Shown in pieces: positions 31,013-40,784 of a stretch of 64,000 nt of DNA. Source of the DNA: Alkalispirochaeta sp. (GTDB lineage: Bacteria > Spirochaetota > Spirochaetia > DSM-27196 > Alkalispirochaetaceae); the NCBI GenBank assembly GCA_965242725.1, contig CBDESZ010000018.1, positions 384,001-448,000 of the forward strand. The letters are read 5' to 3'. Made by a program: the position numbers and the translations under genes. The notes below the pieces were generated by a model. It saw only the letters and a program-made list of their open reading frames with translations, had not been told where the DNA came from and ran no database searches. Each line of letters begins with the position of its first letter. The first letter of the stretch is position 1.

Positions 31013-31477
31013 ATGAAAATGTCTCCCGAATACAGAAAGGCGCAGGAAAACATGCAGCCCGGCGTGATAACCGCCAACGGGTTTCTCGGTGACGATACGC
31101 GCAATATCGTCGATATCATTGAGGCGGACGAGGAAGAGTTCTCCCGCCTCGGAATGGATTTCGATGAAGTTGCCGCACAGCTGCGGCATCTCCTCAACGA
31201 GGGACGGAAAGGCCTCGATGAGCCCGTCACGGTGGATGGAAAGTGGATCGTCACGACAACCGAGGCACGGGGTCATCTGGCGTCCCCCTTTGAAGACGGG
31301 ATATTCCGGAAGGTGAACGCGACGATACAACGGGCGACCAATGGAAAAGCGGAGGGGCCTACCCTCCTGGTAAGCGACCTCTCTCTCCACCTGATGGAGA
31401 AGAATCACTTTCTACAGGGAAAAGGGGCGCCCTTCCGATTGGATCCCCACACGATCAAGACGGTGCTCGACCTTTAG
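31013..31477 (+). CDS. Hypothetical protein directly downstream of the nqrF-like gene
   Basis: 154-aa ORF 15 bp after the nqrF-like stop, with protein-like composition. Confidence 0.7.
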   Translation: MKMSPEYRKAQENMQPGVITANGFLGDDTRNIVDIIEADEEEFSRLGMDFDEVAAQLRHLLNEGRKGLDEPVTVDGKWIVTTTEARGHLASPFEDGIFRKVNATIQRATNGKAEGPTLLVSDLSLHLMEKNHFLQGKGAPFRLDPHTIKTVLDL

Positions 31478-31534
31478 AGGGCACCGTCCTTCATTGATCT
31501 TTTCCCCCGCCGTCACTATGCTGTAACAAAGACC

Positions 31535-33568
31535 ATGGCCGACGAACGTGTACTCATCGTTGAGGATGAGAAAATTATAGCATTGGACCTCCAACGCCGG
31601 CTGGAAAAGTTCGGTTATACAGTTGTCCACCTTGCATCAAATGCAGATGAGGCGGTTGCCAGCGCCGAAGAGTATCGCCCCGATATCATTCTCATGGATA
31701 TCATGCTCGGTGGTGAGCGGGACGGCGTCGATGCGGCAATTGAGATCAAGGAACATACAAACACACCTATCGTTTTCCTTACGGCCTACGCGGATGAACA
31801 CACCGTGGAACGGGCGAAGAAGGCGGAACCGGTCGGATATGTTCTCAAACCCTTTAAAGAACGGGAACTGCAGACGACAATCGACATCGCCCTCTACAAG
31901 GCGCGGGTCGATCTCAAAATGCAGGAGCAGGAGCAGCTCTTTGAGGCACTCCTGAACAGCATGAACGACGGACTGGTCGCATTCTCCGCCCAGCGTACGA
32001 TCCGCTTTCTCAATCCCGTTGCCGCCGACCTTACGGGATGGCATCCAGAAGAGGTGATCGGCCGGCAACTGGAAGAGCTCTTCACCCTTTATGACGAAAA
32101 TTCCGAACTCGCCACGGCGATCCCTTTTTCCCTCGTCTTCAGCGGCAAGGATTTCGACTTCGAGAATGTCTACGTACTGACGGAACAGGGTGGTCGCGTA
32201 AGCATTTCAGGGTCAATTACGCCTACACGGACAAAGGACGCCATCGACGGAGGACTGATCACCTTTCGGGACGTGACGGATATCAAGGAAATGTCTGAAA
32301 TCATCGAATACCAGGCAAGCCACGATTCCCTCACGGGGCTGATGAACAGGGAGGAGTTTTTTCTCAGGCTCCTTGAATTTTCAAAGTCGGCCCACATGGA
32401 ACGGCGTACCCACAGCTTCATCTATCTGGATCTTGATCAGTTCAAGATTATTAACGATGTGTGCGGTCATCTGGCGGGAGACGAGTTGCTCCGGCAGGTG
32501 TCGGGTGACATCACCGGCCAGTTATCTTCCGAAAACCACGTTGCCGGCCGGCTCGGAGGCGACGAATTCGGCATACTTCTGGTCGACGCCCCATTGGCCC
32601 ACGGAATGAACGTCGCCCAGAATCTTCTTCGCAATATCAATCGGAAGTTCATCTGGCAGAAAAATGCCTTTCACATAACCGCCAGCGTCGGTCTCGTCCC
32701 GATCACGGGGGCGAATACCGACGGCTACAACATTCTCGCCGCCGCCGATGATGCGGCGTACCTCGCCAAGGAAGGCGGAGGGAACTCGGTAAAGCTCTAC
32801 GAAACGGCGGACTACAAGTTTCTCAAGCGTCGGGGTGAGATGCAGTGGATATCCCGATTGAATCACGCACTTGAAAGCGATCGCTTTGTCCTCTGGGGAC
32901 AGGAGCTCGCCGCCACAAACGGTGCGGAAATCGATCACCTCGAGGTGCTCATCCGTATGGTCGATGAGGAGTCGTCCCTCATCAGCCCTGCCGATTTTAT
33001 CCCCGCGGCGGAGAAATATAACCTCATGCCGGCGGTTGACCGCTGGGTGATCAAGAACGCCGTCAACAGGCTCCTGGAACAGACAGTCAATGGACGGCGT
33101 CCCATATTCAGTATCAACCTCAGCGCCGCGTCCATCGCAGATGAGCGGATGCTGGACTATATTCAGAACATATTTACGACGACAGGTATCGACCCCAGTC
33201 AAATCTGTTTCGAAATAACTGAAACGACGGCAATTTCCAATATGAGCAGGGCAACCTCCTTCATCCGTCGTCTGAAGTCCATGGGTACGACCTTTGCCCT
33301 CGACGATTTCGGCAACGGGTTTTCGTCCTTCGCCTATTTGAAGCACCTTCCTGTAGATTACCTGAAAATCGACGGCTCCTTTGTCCGGAGCATTGCCGAC
33401 GACCCGATCGACTACGCCCTTGTGGAATCGGTAAATAATATCGGCCATGTCATCGGTATCAAGACGGTCGCAGAGTTTGTGAAGGACGAACGCATTCTGG
33501 CGTTGCTTCAGGAAATGGGCGTCGATTACCTGCAAGGGTATCAGATCGCAAAACCCAAGCCCCTTTAG
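31535..33568 (+). CDS. REC-PAS-GGDEF-EAL c-di-GMP signalling protein
   Basis: LIVEDE/LMDIML receiver, HDSLTGL, RLGGDEF, EVLIR, EITET, DDFG, LKID, QGY. Confidence 0.95.
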   Translation: MADERVLIVEDEKIIALDLQRRLEKFGYTVVHLASNADEAVASAEEYRPDIILMDIMLGGERDGVDAAIEIKEHTNTPIVFLTAYADEHTVERAKKAEPVGYVLKPFKERELQTTIDIALYKARVDLKMQEQEQLFEALLNSMNDGLVAFSAQRTIRFLNPVAADLTGWHPEEVIGRQLEELFTLYDENSELATAIPFSLVFSGKDFDFENVYVLTEQGGRVSISGSITPTRTKDAIDGGLITFRDVTDIKEMSEIIEYQASHDSLTGLMNREEFFLRLLEFSKSAHMERRTHSFIYLDLDQFKIINDVCGHLAGDELLRQVSGDITGQLSSENHVAGRLGGDEFGILLVDAPLAHGMNVAQNLLRNINRKFIWQKNAFHITASVGLVPITGANTDGYNILAAADDAAYLAKEGGGNSVKLYETADYKFLKRRGEMQWISRLNHALESDRFVLWGQELAATNGAEIDHLEVLIRMVDEESSLISPADFIPAAEKYNLMPAVDRWVIKNAVNRLLEQTVNGRRPIFSINLSAASIADERMLDYIQNIFTTTGIDPSQICFEITETTAISNMSRATSFIRRLKSMGTTFALDDFGNGFSSFAYLKHLPVDYLKIDGSFVRSIADDPIDYALVESVNNIGHVIGIKTVAEFVKDERILALLQEMGVDYLQGYQIAKPKPL

Positions 33569-33575
33569 TACTTCA

Positions 33576-34139
33576 ATGCATCTCTATCCCCCTCTATCAA
33601 TAAACGGCCTGAAACACGTCGGCAAGAGTTCGGTGGCTCGCCTCACCGCTCGGGCGCTGAAGGCGGACTACTTTGATACCGACGAGATGATGTTGCATAT
33701 TTCGTCGGCGCCGGGCCAAACGACGATTCGTGATCTCTATCGGAGCGTCGGGAAAGAGGAGTTTCAACGGCTGGAGGCGGAGGCACTTTCCAGGATCACA
33801 ACAGGCATCGTCGATGGAGGCCCTGGCGCACTGATTTCCACCGGAGGCGGCATATGCGATAACGCGGCTGCCTTCGAAATTCTTTTGCGCGACACCGTAC
33901 CGATCGTCCTCGATGAGGAGCCTGCCGTGCTCTACGACCGAATTTCGGCGCGGGGAATACCGGCGTATCTCGACCCGGATCGTCCGTATGCCCACTTCAT
34001 TGAAATCGCCGACCGACGAAGGCGTCGTTACCTCGAGACGGCAGCACACGTCATTTCAGTACGGGGGATGACCCTGGCGGAAATTGTTGACGCCCTTGTA
34101 TCGTATTTGAACAATAGGAGCGACTATGGCAGGCAATAG
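33576..34139 (+). CDS. aroK: Shikimate kinase
   Basis: GLKHVGKSS P-loop, DTD, STGGG; overlaps aroC. Confidence 0.85.
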   Translation: MHLYPPLSINGLKHVGKSSVARLTARALKADYFDTDEMMLHISSAPGQTTIRDLYRSVGKEEFQRLEAEALSRITTGIVDGGPGALISTGGGICDNAAAFEILLRDTVPIVLDEEPAVLYDRISARGIPAYLDPDRPYAHFIEIADRRRRRYLETAAHVISVRGMTLAEIVDALVSYLNNRSDYGRQ

Positions 34140-35181
34140 CTTTGGACAGGCCTTTCGGATTACGACATTCGGTGAATCACACGGCGGCGCCGTCGGCGTC
34201 GTTGTTGACGGCGTGACGCCGGGAGTGGAACTCGCTGCGGAGGACGTGCAGCGGCAACTGGACCGCCGGAAACCGGGGCAGTCATCGATTACCACCCCCC
34301 GGTCGGAACCGGACACGGTGCATCTTCTTTCCGGTATTTTTGAAGGAAAGACGACCGGTACGCCGTTAATGATGATCCTTTATAACTCCGATGCCGATCC
34401 GTCTGCATATGATTCCATAAAGGACAAGTATCGCCCCGGTCACGCGGATTTCACCTATTTGAAAAAGTACGGTATTCGCGACTGGCGCGGCAGCGGCAGA
34501 GCTTCCGGAAGGGAGACGGCAGGACGTGTCGCCGCAGGCGCGGTGGCACGAAAGGTTCTGGAAGCGCAGGGTATTCGGGCTCTGGCCTATACAAAACGGA
34601 GCGCCGGCGTGGAATGTGAGGATTTTGTACCTGAAGAAATTGAGAACAATCCTCTGAGGGCATGCGATCCCAATGCGGCCCGGGAAATGCTGAAGCGTAT
34701 TACGGAGATTAAGGAACAGGACGACAGCGTAGGTGGCGTTATCGAATGTCGCGTCACCGGTGTGCCGCTGGGACTCGGAGAGCCGGTCTTCGACAAGCTT
34801 GACGCTGAACTGGCCCACGGTATGCTCTCAATCGGATCGGTAAAAGGCATTGAATTCGGGGCCGGATTCGCCGCGGCCGAAATGACAGGCAGTCAGCACA
34901 ACGATCAGCTCGGGCCGATCGGATTCCTCACAAACAACGCCGGAGGAATCATCGGCGGTATCTCCACCGGCGAAGAGATCATTTTTCGAATCGTCGTGAA
35001 ACCGACAAGCTCAATCGCCCGGCCGCAGCAGACTGTGGATATCATGGGAACTCCTCAGACAATCCGCACCGAAGGACGCCACGATGCGTGTATCTGTCCC
35101 CGTATCGTCCCGGTCGTAGAAGCGATGACCTACCTCGTTCTCATGGATCATCTGAAACGTCAACAGGCAATGCTCGCATAG
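34126..35181 (+). CDS. aroC: Chorismate synthase
   Basis: TTFGESHG, RPGHAD, GRASGRETA, KPTSSI, GRHD. Confidence 0.96.
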   Translation: MAGNSFGQAFRITTFGESHGGAVGVVVDGVTPGVELAAEDVQRQLDRRKPGQSSITTPRSEPDTVHLLSGIFEGKTTGTPLMMILYNSDADPSAYDSIKDKYRPGHADFTYLKKYGIRDWRGSGRASGRETAGRVAAGAVARKVLEAQGIRALAYTKRSAGVECEDFVPEEIENNPLRACDPNAAREMLKRITEIKEQDDSVGGVIECRVTGVPLGLGEPVFDKLDAELAHGMLSIGSVKGIEFGAGFAAAEMTGSQHNDQLGPIGFLTNNAGGIIGGISTGEEIIFRIVVKPTSSIARPQQTVDIMGTPQTIRTEGRHDACICPRIVPVVEAMTYLVLMDHLKRQQAMLA

Positions 35182-35196
35182 GAGCGGGGAGAAGAT

Positions 35197-35595
35197 ATGG
35201 AAACTGAATACACCGCGCCCGTAACTGCCTGGGTCGCCGAACGCATTTACTGGATTTTTTTGGGTCTCATGTTTCTCAACGTCCTGCAACGGAAGTACCA
35301 GAAACAGGCGTCACGAAAACGAATGGCCACACTTCGCCTCGGCATCGCCCTTTTCTTCCTTTTTGTGGTGGCACAGTCGATAAACCATTTCGGCGGGACG
35401 GATGTTCTCTTTTACCTTGCCCTCGTTGCGTTTGTGGCGGTCGTTTATGCCTATCGGGAATCGATGGTTCCCTTCCGATTGAAGTCGGCCGTAGACAGGC
35501 GATGGCTCAATTTTCATGAGATTTTCTTTGATGACGAACACGGCGACGGAGACAAACGCCCGGAAGAACAGAAACCGGACGACGACGATTCCTGA
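35197..35595 (+). CDS. Hypothetical membrane protein
   Basis: Three hydrophobic segments; GGGGAGA upstream. Confidence 0.7.
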   Translation: METEYTAPVTAWVAERIYWIFLGLMFLNVLQRKYQKQASRKRMATLRLGIALFFLFVVAQSINHFGGTDVLFYLALVAFVAVVYAYRESMVPFRLKSAVDRRWLNFHEIFFDDEHGDGDKRPEEQKPDDDDS

Positions 35596-35600
35596 TGTCT

Positions 35601-36170
35601 CTACCGCCGGTGTGTGTCTGAATCACCGACGGGAGGAATCAGGTCCTCTTCATCGGGGTTGTCGTCCTGATCGTGGCGATCACGACGATACACGATAACG
35701 AGAACACCGATAAATACGACGATCAACGGCCACCACTTCGCGGCGACGCGACTCAGACTTTCCTCGATAACATCAGTGCTGAAGAGCAGGAAGACCAGAG
35801 AAAGAATGATTATCGCCGCTCCGGGAGTCACCAGGGTGAGACGATATTCCTCGCCCTTTCTCACGCCATATACGGTAAGGGCGATTCCGACAATCGTCAT
35901 GAAGACCGGCCAGACAACCGCAATTTGCACTGCAGGTAGGGCGGATTCCCAAAGCAGGGCGAACCCTCCGCTCAGCGCCAGAAATGTGCCGGTAAAGACG
36001 TTACTGTCCTTGCCGTCCGGCAGAAATGCACGACCGAAGAGGCCGACCCCACCGATAAGAAAGAACACCGGCAGAATGACCGCGCCGACGGTGATTAACC
36101 CGGTCGTTACCAGAAGGAGAGTACCGCCAACGACCAGAAGGGCCATTCCTACCATTACACGACGATTCAT
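35601..36170 (-). CDS. Hypothetical membrane protein (LiaF/DUF5668-like TM repeats)
   Basis: Repeated (W)P...I.G transmembrane hairpins, e.g. KWWPLIVVFIG. Confidence 0.7.
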   Translation of the reverse strand: MNRRVMVGMALLVVGGTLLLVTTGLITVGAVILPVFFLIGGVGLFGRAFLPDGKDSNVFTGTFLALSGGFALLWESALPAVQIAVVWPVFMTIVGIALTVYGVRKGEEYRLTLVTPGAAIIILSLVFLLFSTDVIEESLSRVAAKWWPLIVVFIGVLVIVYRRDRHDQDDNPDEEDLIPPVGDSDTHRR

Positions 36171-36223
36171 AGCTACAGTGTATCGTATTGCCATTCGAGG
36201 CGCTACGGGGATATGGTGATGCG

Positions 36224-37258
36224 ATGAGTCGGAAACGACACTATTCCATACATATTGCCGCAACAATCCTCATACTCCTTCTCCAGCTTTCTCTGACTGC
36301 GGCCCGTCCGTCCGAGGAGCACCCCAATCTCGCCCTCCCCGCATACGAACGGGAAGCACAGGAGGGAGTTCCTTCATTTCCCGTGGTCGAACGCGCCGTC
36401 GCCGCGATGCGCTCGTCCTCGGGTGATGCCGGAACGATCACTTTTTTGACAAATCACGTCCACCGTTTTCCCGACGACCTGAACAACGGATACTATCTGA
36501 CCCTGATCGGAGAGACATACCTCGGTCAAGGCGCGTCCTCACTGGCACGTCAATACTATCGCAGGGCATTGCTGGCCCATCCTGACATTCTGGTCCGTTC
36601 CGTTCCGGTCCATCGCATCGCCATCGACAAGCTGCTTTCCCTGGTGGAAGCACCGGACGAGCGAATATTTTATTTGCGCTACCTCCAGAACCACTACAGC
36701 GATGATATAGACCACGGACTGACGGCGTACTATCTCGGAAAAGCATACGAAGAAGAGGGAAGATGGGGAGAGGCGTATGAAAGTTATCGCATCTTCCTGC
36801 AGTTCCCGGAAACCCGGGTTCCCGGAGAGCCCCAGGCCGCGGAAGAGATCCGCCGACGCCTCGCCTTTTATGATTCCCGCCGCAACTGGACCCACGAAGA
36901 TTTGGACACGCTGGTAGGAAGAATAAAGCATGCGTTGTGGACCCAAAACCCCGCCGCGTTGCTTAGGGACCGGGCGGGCGAGAACTTTTTTACCATGTCA
37001 TGGGAACAAGATCCCGATGACTACAACAGTGCAATACCGACATTCGATATCGCCGCGTTTGTCCGACGGTCCCGCGTACGTTACGCCGAGGAACTCGATA
37101 TTTCATCAAACGCCAATGAAGCATATCTGCGAACATGGGGATGGTCTCACAGAATTCCAACGTGGTATCTCTATTTCCGACGCATTGACTTTCCCGCCGA
37201 TCCTGAGATACACGGCAACTGGGAATGGGCGGGGATTTATTTTGGTGAATCCCGATAA
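36224..37258 (+). CDS. Exported TPR-like hypothetical protein
   Basis: Signal-like N-terminus, TPR-like helices (YYLGKAYEEEGRWGEAYESY), Trp-rich C-terminus. Confidence 0.7.
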   Translation: MSRKRHYSIHIAATILILLLQLSLTAARPSEEHPNLALPAYEREAQEGVPSFPVVERAVAAMRSSSGDAGTITFLTNHVHRFPDDLNNGYYLTLIGETYLGQGASSLARQYYRRALLAHPDILVRSVPVHRIAIDKLLSLVEAPDERIFYLRYLQNHYSDDIDHGLTAYYLGKAYEEEGRWGEAYESYRIFLQFPETRVPGEPQAAEEIRRRLAFYDSRRNWTHEDLDTLVGRIKHALWTQNPAALLRDRAGENFFTMSWEQDPDDYNSAIPTFDIAAFVRRSRVRYAEELDISSNANEAYLRTWGWSHRIPTWYLYFRRIDFPADPEIHGNWEWAGIYFGESR

Positions 37259-37276
37259 TTACCGACAATCAGTATT

Positions 37277-38140
37277 ATGAAGGTCTCTGCAGTAGCAAGC
37301 GTTCTTCTGATTTTTGCGGTCCACCTCGTTTCGGCGCAGGAAATACACATTGACGCGGACAGTGAACTCGACTGGCAAAGAGGAACCATCGGAATAACGA
37401 TGACGGCCACTGCAGCGGAAGGGACTTCTATTCGTCCTGACTTCATTTTTCGCGCCAGACAGCAAATTGATCGCGCTTTTCCGTCCGCATTGTTCGATTC
37501 ACTATTGCCGTTGCGTGTCGATTCGGTGCGACTGGTACATGAAGTGATCCGTGACGAGCCGGCACTCGCCTCCCGTATTTCCGCCCTCGCTGCCCAGGCG
37601 GAAAAAGGACTGCCCCGCCCCAACGCCAACATGACAATGGTGCAGCGGGATTACCACGTTCCTATCTTTCCCGATTTTGTACAACTTTTCATGGAACACG
37701 AAATTCCGTTTCGCATGGAAGAGGTTATTTCCTGGGTTCCGACGGCCGAATTTACCGGTGTCATTATTTATGCCGCCGACCCCCTTCCCCTCCGGGGTAC
37801 CGACGATACGGTCTATGTTGAACCGGCCCTGCTGCCGGAGATTTACGACAGCGACCTCCGACCCGTTCTTGAACAGGATATGCTGGACCCCGGTGCCGGA
37901 TCACAATGGGGCGCCGTCGCATATTCCGCGGATACCAATGAGGATCCCTGGCGTTATCGGGTTGGGAATCGGCCCATTCGAATCATGGCGCGCGAAGCGT
38001 TCGGCGTTCACCCGACGGATATTATCATTGAAAAAGAGGATGCTGATATGCTTCTCGCGACGGAACATAACCGGTCTCTTCTAAGATCCGGGCGTATTCT
38101 GGTTATTCTTCACTCCTCTCAGATCACAAGGGCAGACTGA
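37277..38140 (+). CDS. Exported hypothetical protein
   Basis: Signal peptide MKVSAVASVLLIFAVHLVSA; 287-aa ORF. Confidence 0.7.
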   Translation: MKVSAVASVLLIFAVHLVSAQEIHIDADSELDWQRGTIGITMTATAAEGTSIRPDFIFRARQQIDRAFPSALFDSLLPLRVDSVRLVHEVIRDEPALASRISALAAQAEKGLPRPNANMTMVQRDYHVPIFPDFVQLFMEHEIPFRMEEVISWVPTAEFTGVIIYAADPLPLRGTDDTVYVEPALLPEIYDSDLRPVLEQDMLDPGAGSQWGAVAYSADTNEDPWRYRVGNRPIRIMAREAFGVHPTDIIIEKEDADMLLATEHNRSLLRSGRILVILHSSQITRAD

Positions 38141-38142
38141 CT

Positions 38143-39445
38143 TTACTGTCCACAATCGTGCGGATGGCAACGTCCTATTCCATGCAGTAACCGGGAGTTA
38201 ATCGTCCGTTGATGCGATTCTTCCGCTCCGGCGTCCCCATCATCCCCATCCATACCACCCGAAGCGTGTGATTCAACCTGCTTCGGGTGAGAAATGTCCG
38301 GCGTGTCAGCATCGTCCGTCGTACCCGCCGCAGTCGATCACTCCCGATTCCTGCCGCCTCGCCGTGACGCAGTACATTCCGCGGTGAGATTCGGTACTCC
38401 TTGTCCACGTTGTGCCACACCAGGTAGATCCACATCCGGGCGGTGCTCAGCGCCGCATTCCGGGCAAAACAGACCGTCTCCCGGTGGTGCTCGGCGAGAT
38501 CCTTCCGGATCTCCCGATCAAGATAGTTCACCGCGAACAGGGGATTGGTCGCAGTTCGCGGTCGTCTCGAGGAAATCGTCACCTGGCGAATCCCGTCCGA
38601 CTGCCACTGGCGAAGACACCTCTGGTAGGTCGGGTGTTCGTCACTGCGAAGAATCCGTCTCTCCGGTGCCACCGGGTGCCAGACCCGCACTGCCTCATGG
38701 ATGAGTTCATGAAACGATCGGGCAAGTGCCCCGGGGTCAGGCGGTTCATGCACCTCGATGAGCGCCCGTTTCCGCCGCTGCCGCGCGGACATTCGTCCGC
38801 TTCGCCGCAGGGTAACTGACGTCATTGCAAAGAGATATTGCGAGTCGGCTCCGGCAAGGAGGTTGAAGGAATTCGGATGGTACTGGCTGACCCAGAAGCT
38901 CTGAAAGCCGTCAGCCACGAGGTCTTCGGCGGGAACGACGTCCTCGGTAAGCGCTCCGTGGACGGCGATACTCTGGCGGGCAAGCATCATGATCCGGTGG
39001 GTGATGGTGGTGGGAGAGACGAACAACTGCCGGGCGGCGGCACGGATGGAACAGCCGCTGACCAGCAGATTCCGCAGCCGGGAGAGGCTGATGTGCTTTT
39101 TGGTGAAGTACTCGAGGGAGAAGGTTGATGCACTGAAGTGGCGTCCGCAGGTGGTACAGCGAAAGCGTTGAACGATCCCGAGCCGCCGGGAGCGATAGGT
39201 TCCGTCACGGATCCACCATGCAGATGGGGGAGACGGATCGGGAAGGAGGGGATGTACGGAAGCGCCGCGCCAGTGTTCGGCGCAGCGGGGGTTCGGACAG
39301 AACGGGGGGTGGTCCATGGGCAGCTCCTGTATTGGGGGAGATTCCGAATCGGCAAACGGTGGTTCGGTCCCCTGACAGATACAGTGCATTTCTATCTTTC
39401 TGCTTCAGAAGTGACGATCTTCACCCGCACGGTTGTGGACAGTAA
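38143..39445 (-). mobile_element. Insertion sequence, IS1-like transposase with 24-bp terminal inverted repeats
   Basis: Left TTACTGTCCACAATCGTGCGGATG (38143-66) vs reverse complement of 39422-45 TTACTGTCCACAACCGTGCGGGTG (22/24 identical), enclosing a single transposase-like ORF. Confidence 0.8.
38175..39317 (-). CDS. Putative transposase (Zn ribbon + HTH + DDE-like)
   Basis: CPNPRC...QRFRCTTCGRHF zinc ribbon, SIRAAARQLFVSPTTI HTH, ADGFQSF, SDEHPTY, RETVCFARN resembling IS1 InsA/InsB; AGGAG RBS. Confidence 0.75.
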   Translation of the reverse strand: MDHPPFCPNPRCAEHWRGASVHPLLPDPSPPSAWWIRDGTYRSRRLGIVQRFRCTTCGRHFSASTFSLEYFTKKHISLSRLRNLLVSGCSIRAAARQLFVSPTTITHRIMMLARQSIAVHGALTEDVVPAEDLVADGFQSFWVSQYHPNSFNLLAGADSQYLFAMTSVTLRRSGRMSARQRRKRALIEVHEPPDPGALARSFHELIHEAVRVWHPVAPERRILRSDEHPTYQRCLRQWQSDGIRQVTISSRRPRTATNPLFAVNYLDREIRKDLAEHHRETVCFARNAALSTARMWIYLVWHNVDKEYRISPRNVLRHGEAAGIGSDRLRRVRRTMLTRRTFLTRSRLNHTLRVVWMGMMGTPERKNRINGRLTPGYCME

Positions 39446-39490
39446 GCAATCCTTGACAGCCCCTGTGATGCGTGGTCAAATACCGCCGAC

Positions 39491-40772
39491 ATGATACGCA
39501 TCTCGCGCCGTTTGGGTGCCCTACTCATAATTGTTCTAATCGTCGTCTCATGTTCTCGCCAACCGGAAGAGTACGCCGTCCTGCTGTGGCCCGATACAGG
39601 ATCTTCTCTTGAAGCGGGAACGGTTGCAGGTATCACCGAAACAGGTCCGGACGAAACCGTCACCGTCATTCAAAATGACGAAGAAATCTCCCTTGAGCGG
39701 TGGCGTATACGCTCTTTTGAAGAACAAACGGCGGCCGAGTCATATGCCGAAACGTTCGCGCCCTGGAAGGAAACGTACGCGCGGAGCATGAGGACGGCGC
39801 TTCCCGTACGGGCCCGTCCCGACTCCAGCAGCGAAAGACTGTACCGATTACGGGACGGAGAGTTGATGAAGGTCCTCAACCGTCAGGACGAGCGTGCCGA
39901 CGAGGGAGGACTGTCAGACTACTGGTATGAAATTCTCACCCGGGAAGGCGTGATAGGCTGGGTTTTCGGATACCACCTGGAGCTCACCGGCGCAGCCGGT
40001 AGAGCACTGGATCCCCGTGAGGAACATGACGGACTGGACAGACTCGTTCGGGACATAGCGTCCGTGGTATGGCGTCCTGAATACTTTGAACGTATGGTCT
40101 CAGCGGGCCGAATCAATCTCGACGAGTTTGCACCCCCGTTTCGGACTTTTCGGCGACTGGGAAGAGAACGAATTTCGTATTGTATTGCCGGATGTGCAAC
40201 GTGAGGTTTCCTATACCGGATACCGCTCCTCCGACGGCCGGATCATCGAGTTTGAAGGGGCCGATCTGGAAATGGAGTATCATGGCGAGGAACGGCTGAC
40301 CGTCACCTATAGCGTAAACGGCCGACGACGATCGACTGAGTTTCGGATATTTGACGAAGATATCTCCCTCGTTATCGAAGCGGAGTTGGAACGGCGGGAA
40401 CGGAAACTCCAGGAATTTCTCGATCGGGGATCTCAGCTTATCAGTACCGCCTACGGCACCATGACGATATTTGACGATCGGCGGGTTACATGGACCGATT
40501 ACGATCGTCTCGTACCCAACGTCATCCCTCCTGCATTCGACGGTAGCGGAAGAATTCGATTTGATCTGTTCCTTTCGGACAGTCTTCACGGACGATACGA
40601 CGGCGTGCTCAAGCTTACCGGATCTACGACGGAGATCGCGTTTCTCTACTCCTTCACCGACGACGGCGTCCGGTTCGTCTATGTTCCACGGAACACTCTG
40701 GACGAAAACGGGGTGATCCTATCTGAGCCGGTATCTCCGGTGGTGATATTCTTTCGGTTCTTCAACGGGTGA
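39491..40772 (+). pseudogene. SH3-domain lipoprotein-like gene split by a +1 frameshift (probable sequence error)
   Basis: Lipobox-like VVSC; SH3-like LPVRARP...WYEILTREGVIGWVFG. Removing one C from the C5 run at 40133-37 joins ORFs 39491-40204 and 40086-40772. Confidence 0.7.
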
Positions 40773-40784
40773 CAGGGACCTCCG

